DNA from: Candidatus Doudnabacteria bacterium
GTDB taxonomy: Bacteria > Patescibacteriota > Doudnabacteria > UBA920 > O2-02-FULL-48-8
DNA: 64,000 nt
Assembly: GCA_037200925.1 (NCBI GenBank)
Contig: JBBCGO010000001.1
Location: forward strand, 246,366 to 310,365
Direction: 5' to 3'
The notes beneath the pieces are model-generated. The model saw nothing but the letters and a program-made list of their open reading frames with translations, did not search any database and had not been told where the DNA came from. Below are positions 27,553 to 35,593 of this stretch, piece after piece. How positions within the stretch are numbered: position 1 is the stretch's first letter; the number at the start of each line of letters is the position of its first letter. Position numbers and translations under genes: made by a program.

Positions 27553-28637
27553 ACAAGCATTCTAATATGCTCTTTAATACTCTTTCCGATAACCGATCCA
27601 AGTCTAACTGGCACAGCATTTCCTATAAACTTAGCAATATTCTTACTTACGATGGATGTTTTCTTATCCACAAACATATAATCCATAGGAAAAGTTTGAA
27701 AGAGGGCGGCCTCTCGCAGACTTATTGCTCTATCTTGGTCCGGATGGCCAAACCGGCCATTTCCAAGACCAATACATTGCGTTGTCATTGTGGGAGCAGG
27801 TTGGTCCCATTTCATCCTACCATATACGGTACTACGATAAGTTTTTCCAGATTCACTCTTATGACACTTAAGTTGCAAATCCTCACTCCAACTTTTTGAA
27901 TTACCTCCGTTGACAGGGGTTGCTTTAATTCTTCGTAAATTAATATCATTTAATTTCCTTGCTCTATGCAATGGATCTTTATTGCTAATATCCCCATCTT
28001 TTAAAGGCTCCAGGTCCGCAATCACATCACGGACAGTGACACGGTTATTTATATGGGTTCTTTTTATTAAAGAAATATTCCCAAATTTAGAAGCTAAAAG
28101 CACAAGTCTTTTTCTCCTCTGCGGGACTCCAAATTCAGAAACATCCACAACCTCGTACTTGTAATTATAATTATTTTGCTTAAGTGTTTTTACAAACTTA
28201 GCAAAAACTGGATACTTTTTCATGTTAGCAAGGCTGCTAACATTTTCCATTGAGACTATATCAGGCTGAGTTTCAGCAATAAGCCTAGCAAATTTATCTA
28301 AAGGCTCAAGCTGTTTTTTAGTTATTTTGTTCAAGTTTAATTTTGAGAATGGCTGACATGGAGCGCATCCTGCAAGTACTCGTATGGTTTGATTTTTTGG
28401 CCCGAACAATTTATCAATCTGCTGAGGAGTTACATTAATAATGTCTTGATCAATAAACTTTGTTTTATTGTTGTATTCATAGCCGAACTTACAGCTACTA
28501 TCATTGTCTATGCCTGCAACAACATCAATGCCTTCTTTAATTAGTCCGTGCGTTAAACCACCAATACCACAGAATAAATCAATAACTTTTATTCTTTTTC
28601 TTTTATTTCTTTTCATAGTTTTATTATTTGCTTTCAA
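27549..28637 (-). CDS. dcm: DNA (cytosine-5)-methyltransferase
   Basis: 362 aa; motif I VIDLFCGIGGLTHG, motif IV PCQPFS, ENV motif; ATGA overlap with downstream ATPase start. Confidence 0.85.
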   Translation of the reverse strand: MKANNKTMKRNKRKRIKVIDLFCGIGGLTHGLIKEGIDVVAGIDNDSSCKFGYEYNNKTKFIDQDIINVTPQQIDKLFGPKNQTIRVLAGCAPCQPFSKLNLNKITKKQLEPLDKFARLIAETQPDIVSMENVSSLANMKKYPVFAKFVKTLKQNNYNYKYEVVDVSEFGVPQRRKRLVLLASKFGNISLIKRTHINNRVTVRDVIADLEPLKDGDISNKDPLHRARKLNDINLRRIKATPVNGGNSKSWSEDLQLKCHKSESGKTYRSTVYGRMKWDQPAPTMTTQCIGLGNGRFGHPDQDRAISLREAALFQTFPMDYMFVDKKTSIVSKNIAKFIGNAVPVRLGSVIGKSIKEHIRMLV

Positions 28638-28718
28638 CTATGGCTATTTCGCCTTCACTCAATCCATACAACTTATATACTTCCTGATCAATTTTACTAC
28701 AACAATCAAGCTGCAGTT

Positions 28719-29813
28719 TTATTTCCCAGATTTAGTTCTATTGTCATCTTTGCACAACATCCGACAATTTTCTGAAATTGTTCTTCCTCCTTCGTGCCAA
28801 GGTTTTATATGATCAGCTTCCATCTCGGAAATATCGAAATGTTTTTTGCAAACAGGGCAAATACCTTTTTGTTTCTCATAAGCTTCGCGCTTCATCTTTT
28901 CTGTAAACGCCCGAATTGAAAGGTATTTTTCTTGCCTCGTCAAAACATACGGATAAATACCAGACTTCTTGGTAACATCTTCGTCTTGCATTAACTCTTT
29001 AATTTCCGTTTCCAATTTAACAGAACTTAGTTTTTTATCTTTGAATTCATTATGCAGCTCGCCCCATTCCACATGAGCCATTTCGCGCCGATAATTTGGA
29101 AATGTCTTTTGCGCCCAGGAAATTACGTCCTGAAAATATTCCCACAACTTGTCAGCGCTTTTGTCTTTCTGATGTTTGCCCATGTAATCTTCAATTTTAT
29201 CATCACTGATCCAGCGGAGTGCCGTTTCCAGATACTCTTGGCGGTTCAATGCTCCACTCACATAGTCATGAGCCAGTAAATACGCCGGCGCGTTGCTCTT
29301 ACTGAAATAACGCTTGGCATCGGTTACCCAAGGCCCTGAATAAATAGCGTTCAACAATTCTTGAGGTGTAAGTTTCTCGCCAGCGGTATTGATGACCTTA
29401 AACCACGCCAGCTTTTCATCATCCGTACCTTCGCAAAAATATACCATGAGCGGATAGTCGCGGATATTCTTTTTCTCTTCTTCCGTCAAGTTATCGAAAT
29501 ACATCTGGTACCCGCGGTTCATAACGTTAAAATCCCCGGCCAAAAAGTTACAGATGCTTACAGTGCGCTGCTGGCCATCAAGGATTTCGAAACTACCACC
29601 ACTGTTTTTCACCCAGTACATCGCGTTTAGAGGAAACCCGCCCATCACCGAATTAATAACCGCGATCTGCTGTTCGGGTCTATAAATAAACTCGCGCTGG
29701 TATTTCGGGCGGATATTCAGACTGCCGCCATACCCAACGACACCCTCCTCTTCAATGTTTTTATACCCGTCAACTATTTTATGTATCGGAATTTGATGTA
29801 GTTCAATTTTCAT
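28719..29813 (-). CDS. DUF262 (ParB-like nuclease domain) plus C-terminal HNH endonuclease (GmrSD-like architecture)
   Basis: 364 aa; DGQQRT motif of DUF262; C-terminal CPVCKK...ADHIKPWHEGGRTISENCRMLCKDDN HNH motif. Confidence 0.7.
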   Translation of the reverse strand: MKIELHQIPIHKIVDGYKNIEEEGVVGYGGSLNIRPKYQREFIYRPEQQIAVINSVMGGFPLNAMYWVKNSGGSFEILDGQQRTVSICNFLAGDFNVMNRGYQMYFDNLTEEEKKNIRDYPLMVYFCEGTDDEKLAWFKVINTAGEKLTPQELLNAIYSGPWVTDAKRYFSKSNAPAYLLAHDYVSGALNRQEYLETALRWISDDKIEDYMGKHQKDKSADKLWEYFQDVISWAQKTFPNYRREMAHVEWGELHNEFKDKKLSSVKLETEIKELMQDEDVTKKSGIYPYVLTRQEKYLSIRAFTEKMKREAYEKQKGICPVCKKHFDISEMEADHIKPWHEGGRTISENCRMLCKDDNRTKSGK

Positions 29814-29846
29814 ATTGGTTAAGTTATTTTATGTTTCATAAACCTA

Positions 29847-30476
29847 TTAAATATTAAAATACCTACAGATAAACCGTTTTAATCTAAAAAAATTAAGACC
29901 TGTTAAAAGCCAAATAAATGGTACAACTTTAGAATTTTTTTCTTTTTCTAATTCTTTCCTGAGACTAAGATATGCTGTACGAGCTTGCCCATCATGCTCT
30001 CCGCCTATTAATTTATGGACTACAACAAGTAAATCTTCAGCTCTCTTTTTTATCTCTGGTTTTATATTGTCCCAAACCTCAGCGTTAGAAAGAAAATTAT
30101 GGTGTAATGCTACTCCTTGATTGAAATTACTTAGTGCCTGCTTAGCAGAAACTAGGGTTTTAATAAGCTCTGGATTAGTAAATAAACTACCGGCAGTAGC
30201 GATTGAATTGTCTATGGCCAAGCTTTCTATTTTAAAAACAATTTTTCTCAAAAGTTCTTTATCCTCCCTTATCTCTTGAGATCTGCTTTCCGGCCAATTC
30301 GTGCTAAGCCAATATTGAACTCCCTCGTCTAGTTCGGCTTGGATAGCATTTAATACACTACTTCTAGTATGCCAAATTCCTAGCCGATAAATAATCCAAG
30401 CAACTATAGCTGTGATAACAACTGATGACCCACTTGGATGCTCGCTAATTGTTGTAAATATTGAATTTATGTCCAT
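29847..30476 (-). CDS. Hypothetical protein with N-terminal TM segment
   Basis: 209 aa; SSVVITAIVAWIIY hydrophobic segment. Confidence 0.35.
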   Translation of the reverse strand: MDINSIFTTISEHPSGSSVVITAIVAWIIYRLGIWHTRSSVLNAIQAELDEGVQYWLSTNWPESRSQEIREDKELLRKIVFKIESLAIDNSIATAGSLFTNPELIKTLVSAKQALSNFNQGVALHHNFLSNAEVWDNIKPEIKKRAEDLLVVVHKLIGGEHDGQARTAYLSLRKELEKEKNSKVVPFIWLLTGLNFFRLKRFICRYFNI

Positions 30477-30518
30477 TGTTTTTCCTTCAACATTGGATTA
30501 AATTTATTTCCAAAAAAA

Positions 30519-31622
30519 TTATTTTTTCAAACGGATTAAAATACGAGGAAATGTATTTTTCAGTCCTGCTGAAGTTTTTAAGACCGGACCAGCATTTAAG
30601 TCACTATAATTTTTTGCATCGATAATTGTATAAACCTTGCTCTTTAAAGCAGGGTCACCAGCTCCTCTTTTAGCCATACCAATAATTTCGAACTGTTCAG
30701 GATTGTACTTATCAAGGAACGTAATCGGAACACCCATGACACTATTGTAATCTTGTGGAATATCTAATTTTTTCGAAACTTCAATAGCATCGTAGTTCTC
30801 GTATTTAGGATATTCTTCGGGATTGTATGTTTTGTAAAAAGTCATTTTCTCATGACGCTTTGTGGTATCAAGGTTTGTAAACCATAAAATACGACCAAAG
30901 CTAAAATACTTTATACCATTCACAACTTTCTTTCTGGATTCTGTATCTATGTCGTATTCTTTGGGGACTTGAAACCATTTTGTCCCGCCATTGTCATAGC
31001 CAAGCCACAATTTATTTTCTTTGATGAGTTTAAAAATTTCTTTATAGGTTATGGCATTCTGGTCCCCTAGAATCAAAAACTTTTTTTTGTGTTCAACAAG
31101 CTGTGCCACGTAGTCACGAAAAAGAGAAAACGGCGGATTGGTGACCACTATATCTGCTTGGTTGAGAAGTTCTATACATTCCTCACTGCGAAAGTCTCCG
31201 CCGTCTTTGAGGGAGGTTGAAACATTTGCATCGTGCCGGAGCAACCATTCGACATCAGAGAGGCCAATAGCGCCATCAGAATTGGAATCTGGAACTTCAT
31301 TAATTTCAATTTTAAACGGCTCTTTGCCTTTCGGTTTTAGGCCTTTGACTTCAAGGAGTGGTAACTGTCCTCCCGCAATTGGCGACTTTGTATAACTGGT
31401 GGTGATTAACTTTTTGAGACCGAGAGCATTAAAATTAGCAGCGAAATATTTAAAAAAATTACTCTCGAACGGATCATCGCAATTGCAATAAATAATCTTA
31501 TCCCGAAACTGTTCTTTGTAATGTTTTAGTTCTTTTTCAATATCAACAAGCTGAGTATAAAACTCGTCTTTCTTAGCTGCGCTTGCTTTGTGTAAGTTGC
31601 TATTTAATGATTTATTTGACAT
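30519..31622 (-). CDS. DNA methyltransferase, N6-adenine/N4-cytosine class (NPPF motif)
   Basis: 367 aa; DIVVTNPPF catalytic motif IV; AT-rich. Confidence 0.6.
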   Translation of the reverse strand: MSNKSLNSNLHKASAAKKDEFYTQLVDIEKELKHYKEQFRDKIIYCNCDDPFESNFFKYFAANFNALGLKKLITTSYTKSPIAGGQLPLLEVKGLKPKGKEPFKIEINEVPDSNSDGAIGLSDVEWLLRHDANVSTSLKDGGDFRSEECIELLNQADIVVTNPPFSLFRDYVAQLVEHKKKFLILGDQNAITYKEIFKLIKENKLWLGYDNGGTKWFQVPKEYDIDTESRKKVVNGIKYFSFGRILWFTNLDTTKRHEKMTFYKTYNPEEYPKYENYDAIEVSKKLDIPQDYNSVMGVPITFLDKYNPEQFEIIGMAKRGAGDPALKSKVYTIIDAKNYSDLNAGPVLKTSAGLKNTFPRILIRLKK

Positions 31623-31623
31623 T

Positions 31624-31800
31624 CTATTTCTTCCAATCCCTGACTATCAAATGTTTCCCTTTTTGTATCACTTTAACTTTCTGTCTTTCCCGCCAGCCGA
31701 GCTTTTCCACCAATTCGATCGGCAAGGTTAAGCCCAAAGACTTCCTGCCCATTCGGGTCAATTTTCTGATATTTTGGTCGCCGTGCTTTCTAACACCCAT
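31624..31800 (-). CDS. AbrB/MazE-fold (swapped-hairpin) small DNA-binding protein, not in ORF track (58 aa)
   Basis: manual translation MGVRKHGDQNIRKLTRMGRKSLGLTLPIELVEKLGWRERQKVKVIQKGKHLIVRDWKK; stop 2 nt before MTase ATG; shorter alternative start at 31752. Confidence 0.45.
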   Translation of the reverse strand: MGVRKHGDQNIRKLTRMGRKSLGLTLPIELVEKLGWRERQKVKVIQKGKHLIVRDWKK

Positions 31801-31857
31801 GTGATTAGCTCTTCGTCTGGATCCCGGATCAAGTCCGGGATGACAGCCAGTATGTAA

Positions 31858-31873
31858 TTAATTACGTAATTAA
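31858..31873. promoter_or_regulatory. Second copy of palindrome TTAATTACGTAATTAA, upstream of the AbrB-like/MTase operon
   Basis: identical 16-mer to 25541..25556; followed by hairpin ATCCCGGA-tcaag-TCCGGGAT. Confidence 0.55.
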
Positions 31874-31911
31874 ATCTTACCTCTATTCTGCCACTTTTTG
31901 CCCGAAAAAGC

Positions 31912-31938
31912 AAAAAGCGGCCTTTCGGCCGCTTTTTG
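31912..31938. terminator. Bidirectional rho-independent terminator
   Basis: GCGGCC-tttc-GGCCGC flanked by A5 and T5. Confidence 0.6.
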
Positions 31939-31948
31939 TACTAGTCTT

Positions 31949-32197
31949 TTAAGCAGGATTGTAATTTAGCACTCGCCAAGTATTATGTTCTTTGATAGCT
32001 TGAATGACTTTTTGATTTTTTCCTTTTACTTTTCCGGCAGAATATCCACTCCAAGTATTAAATGCATCATCGCCCTTTATGGTAAATATGACCAAAGACC
32101 CGTTTGGAATTTTGTTCCAAACTCTCGGATTCTTAGATGCATATTTATCAAACTCAAAAGAAAGCTTGATATTTTTCTGTACAAAAAGTGTATTCAT
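31949..32197 (-). CDS. Hypothetical protein
   Basis: 82 aa; terminator immediately downstream. Confidence 0.4.
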   Translation of the reverse strand: MNTLFVQKNIKLSFEFDKYASKNPRVWNKIPNGSLVIFTIKGDDAFNTWSGYSAGKVKGKNQKVIQAIKEHNTWRVLNYNPA

Positions 32198-32225
32198 AGT
32201 AGTTTTAAATTAATATTTTTTATTT

Positions 32226-32537
32226 CTATTTCGATATTAGATAATTTTCTTTGATTTTTAGAAAATCTCTTTCAATTAATAATTTAGCCTGTATAAAGGC
32301 CTTATTATTATCATCTATGCCTAATGGTACCCAATATTCTCTGTCATGTAAATGATACTTATGCACATGGCCTAAACCATGACAATTATCAATCCTCATT
32401 ATAGTTTTCCATTTTGAATCAATTCTGGCGTAGTATTGAACCACAAATTTAACAATCTTGCCTCTATTCCGGCTAAATTTAATCCTTAATTTATCATCTT
32501 CAGTCAAAAATCTAGTATTATCCACTTCCCTGATCAT
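32226..32537 (-). CDS. Hypothetical protein
   Basis: 103 aa; AT-rich. Confidence 0.35.
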   Translation of the reverse strand: MIREVDNTRFLTEDDKLRIKFSRNRGKIVKFVVQYYARIDSKWKTIMRIDNCHGLGHVHKYHLHDREYWVPLGIDDNNKAFIQAKLLIERDFLKIKENYLISK

Positions 32538-32632
32538 TTTAGTATTTTAGATTGTTTAACAAAAATAGCGGCCTTAAGCCGCGCAAGCTATCAACATAAT
32601 GCTTATTAATTATATTCCTTTTTCCCAAAAAG

Positions 32633-32992
32633 TCAAATTTTATGGTGACTTAATGGTTCGTGTTTATCTCTTATTAGTTCATTGGTTTTCAAATCTCTAA
32701 CAACTTCATGATATTCATCTTTTTCTCTGTCAATAATTCTTACTTTATCAACTCCAAATTCTTTATCCTTGGTTATAATATTTTGAAACCAACCCTGAAT
32801 AATCTCTTTTAATGGTCTTTTAAATCCGTTTCTCTTGTGTTTAAGTTCGAGGCTCATTCTTATGTTTGTAGTTTCTTTGATATGAACCTTAATCATAGCG
32901 GCGACTGAGCCGCAATTTGAACAAGGTTTTTCCTCAAAATTTAACTTTCGTCTACAATTTTGACAAAATTTTTCTTGAGTAACTTCAGTCAT
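32633..32992 (-). CDS. Zinc-ribbon protein, hypothetical
   Basis: 119 aa; CQNCRRK...CSNCG CxxC...CxxC; terminator GCGGCCTTAAGCCGC downstream. Confidence 0.4.
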   Translation of the reverse strand: MTEVTQEKFCQNCRRKLNFEEKPCSNCGSVAAMIKVHIKETTNIRMSLELKHKRNGFKRPLKEIIQGWFQNIITKDKEFGVDKVRIIDREKDEYHEVVRDLKTNELIRDKHEPLSHHKI

Positions 32993-33033
32993 ATATTTAT
33001 ATTATTATTTCACAAATCGCTAGATAAATCAAA

Positions 33034-33069
33034 CAAAAAACCAGCCTTTCGGCTGGTCTTTTCTTTTTA
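33034..33069. terminator. Bidirectional rho-independent terminator
   Basis: CCAGCC-tttc-GGCTGG with A7 upstream and T-rich run downstream. Confidence 0.6.
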
Positions 33070-33282
33070 CATTTCCGGCAGAGCAGAGAACTTCTTTTTG
33101 AAGTCATCCATCCACTTGGTTGTTTCCTCAGGTGTCATTTTCTTGACCTGTTCCGCAAGTTCCGGATGGGCCTGGTTTATATGAACCATGCCGTTGCTGA
33201 CCATTTCTTCGGGGGTGTTGCCGCTGATCATCACGGTGCAATCGGCAGGGCCACCCATTTGGGAGCACAAGATCTGCTTCAT
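33067..33282 (-). CDS. Small hypothetical protein
   Basis: 71 aa. Confidence 0.35.
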   Translation of the reverse strand: MKQILCSQMGGPADCTVMISGNTPEEMVSNGMVHINQAHPELAEQVKKMTPEETTKWMDDFKKKFSALPEM

Positions 33283-33308
33283 ATTATAGGCTTCCTTTTT
33301 TCTTAGTT

Positions 33309-34553
33309 CTAATTTTGAATTCCGCCGTCATCATAACTGCCAAGCTCGCTGTCGGAAAGCTTGACGATCTTGCCCAGGGACAAACCTAACCGGTTAAACA
33401 CGGCCATGGAAGGAATGCCCATTTTAGCGTCGCCTGCAACCAAGTAAACCGTAGCTGCGCTTCCTTTGATCAAAGTCCCGTCCGGGTAGCCCATGATCCG
33501 TCCGACGCTGACAGCCGCGAACTGGTCAGACGAAATAGTCTGGACATCCGAGAACTTTAACCCGCGGGCAGTGAAGATAGTCGCAGTGCTGAACGGTCTT
33601 AGCATCCCGTTGACTACCAGATAAACAGTACCGCTGCCGGCCACTTTCACCACTGAACCGTTTGCGTAGTTGAACATCACACTTGGCGGCGTAGGAGCCG
33701 GGGTCGGTGTCGGAGTCTGATAAACAGGGGTCGGATACATGATATTCGGGGTCGGGTACGGGGTTGGGTATTGTACAGGCGCACCGGGACTTGGCGAAAC
33801 AACTGTGTTTGAATCCAGCGTCACTGCGGTCTGGGCAAGTGCCCGGCCATTGAGAGTTGCGCCGGTGTTGAGCACAATTGCTGATTGATCCAATATATTT
33901 CCGTTGAAAACAGATGTCGTGCCAAGCGTGGTTTGGCCGCCGACAGCCCAAAAAATATTACCGGCCTGGGCCCCGCCGCTTAAAATAACATGTGTTCCGG
34001 AACTCGTGGTGAGAGTTTGCGCTATCTGGAAGATCCAGACATCCGAAGCAGATCCTGCGAGTGTGACATCCGACGGTATGGTCACGCCTGTGCCCCATTT
34101 ATACAATCCCGGAGCAAGCGTCATGCCGCCAATGTTTCCGGCGCCCAATTCCGTGGCAGTGGGCAGTGTCCGGCCCACGGCATCAACATATGCGGTTTGC
34201 ATGTCCATTATCGCAGTGGTCATGTTCGCCGGTGTGGGGTCTGCGTAGCCTGGCGCGTATGCTTTTCCGCTTACCAATGCTGAGGTGGAAAATGCGCCTC
34301 CGGCAGGAAGAGTTAAGGCAAAGCCTGTCAGGGAGCTCGCCGCAGCCGGGCTTACTCCAATGTCCCCGACAATACTCGTGGTTCCAGTGGTAGAGATCCC
34401 TGTTTTTGCCAGGATGGCAAAATTACCCGCAGTTCCGAGGTTGACCATTGCCGGCCCTGCGGCCAAAGCAGTTGCCGAGAAAGCCAACGCCAGACCCGCG
34501 ATAAGACCCACAAACATATTTCTTCTCAAGATATTCCTAAAATTTATTTTCAT
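33309..34553 (-). CDS. Ice-binding-like (DUF3494) secreted protein with Pro/Thr linker and shared C-terminal module
   Basis: LGTAGNFAILAKTGISTTGTTSIVGDIGVSPAAASSLTGF matches DUF3494 N-terminal signature; PTPYPTPNIMYPTPVYQTPTPTPAPTPP linker; C-terminal IPSMAVFNRLGLSL...YDDGG; start moved to ATG 34553 preceding the signal peptide. Confidence 0.7.
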   Translation of the reverse strand: MKINFRNILRRNMFVGLIAGLALAFSATALAAGPAMVNLGTAGNFAILAKTGISTTGTTSIVGDIGVSPAAASSLTGFALTLPAGGAFSTSALVSGKAYAPGYADPTPANMTTAIMDMQTAYVDAVGRTLPTATELGAGNIGGMTLAPGLYKWGTGVTIPSDVTLAGSASDVWIFQIAQTLTTSSGTHVILSGGAQAGNIFWAVGGQTTLGTTSVFNGNILDQSAIVLNTGATLNGRALAQTAVTLDSNTVVSPSPGAPVQYPTPYPTPNIMYPTPVYQTPTPTPAPTPPSVMFNYANGSVVKVAGSGTVYLVVNGMLRPFSTATIFTARGLKFSDVQTISSDQFAAVSVGRIMGYPDGTLIKGSAATVYLVAGDAKMGIPSMAVFNRLGLSLGKIVKLSDSELGSYDDGGIQN

Positions 34554-34847
34554 TTGTTTCTGATTAATTTTTTCTATTATAGATTTAATTATAAAACAGG
34601 TTGAACGTTTAGTCAAGGAAAGTTTTTATGCTACCTTTTGTGCAGACGAAAAGGTAGCACCAAAAGCTGCCGGCGGCTCTCGGCAGCACAGAGGTAGTGA
34701 ATTTAGAGAAAAATTTGCCAGAATTCTTAGCTCGCTTCGGCGTGTTCGCAAGGCCTAATCGGCGTTGCGAACGCTAACCCAGCCTCGCTCGCGTCAAATT
34801 CTGACCAGATTTTTCAAATTGCCGGAAAAACCGAAACCTAACTCGGC

Positions 34848-35372
34848 TTAATAAAAAGAATAATTTTTTAGTTCTTTCCTTATGGCTCTGTAATCCGGAA
34901 CTGTCTGCCGCACCAGGGCCCAGAAATTTTCCGAATGGTTCATTTCCTTCAAATGGCACAGTTCGTGCACGATTATGTAATCAGCCTGATTGAGCGGCAG
35001 TTGCGTGATCCTGTGATTGAAATTCAGGTTTTTCCGCACAGAACAGCTTCCCCAGAGACTTTTATGATCTTTTATGCTCACACGGCCATAATTAAACCGG
35101 TAATGTTGGTTATATAGTTCTATCCGGCTTTTCACAAAGGCCAGAGCATCGGAGCGGCTCATGGCGGGTGCCAGCGGGATAGATTTGCGATTTTTCTGAA
35201 AATTTATTTTCTTGGCTATCCAAGCGGATTTGGAGCGGATAAATTCCTCAGCTGAGGCGACGGAAACCCTCAGAGGTTTGGTCACGACCACCCGCCCGCC
35301 GGGATATATTGTGATGCGGATGTGCCTGGCTCTGGCGCTGGACCTGATCTGATATTCGATCTCTGTTTGCAT
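34848..35372 (-). CDS. YgjP-like (DUF45/M48-related) zinc metallohydrolase
   Basis: 174 aa; IIVHELCHLKEMNHS HExxH motif in the characteristic C-terminal position. Confidence 0.65.
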   Translation of the reverse strand: MQTEIEYQIRSSARARHIRITIYPGGRVVVTKPLRVSVASAEEFIRSKSAWIAKKINFQKNRKSIPLAPAMSRSDALAFVKSRIELYNQHYRFNYGRVSIKDHKSLWGSCSVRKNLNFNHRITQLPLNQADYIIVHELCHLKEMNHSENFWALVRQTVPDYRAIRKELKNYSFY

Positions 35373-35409
35373 TCTGTAATTTTAAGATAAAAAAAGAAAA
35401 ATATCGAAT

Positions 35410-35525
35410 CTGCGAGCTCCGACGTTTCAGTCGGAGCGTGGCAGTCTAAACCGCGGAGTTCCCTTTATCTTGCCGAGAGCCGATTGCTTCGTCGTCCCGA
35501 ATAATCGGGACTCCTCGCAAATTCA
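35410..35525 (-). repeat. 116-bp structured repeat, copy B (reverse complement of 22842..22957)
   Basis: 113/116 identical to copy A in inverted orientation. Confidence 0.85.
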
Positions 35526-35593
35526 GTTCTCACGATTGCTTGCCAAAGTTATGAAAATCTTATAATTTACAAGTATCATTAAAATCAAATCTT

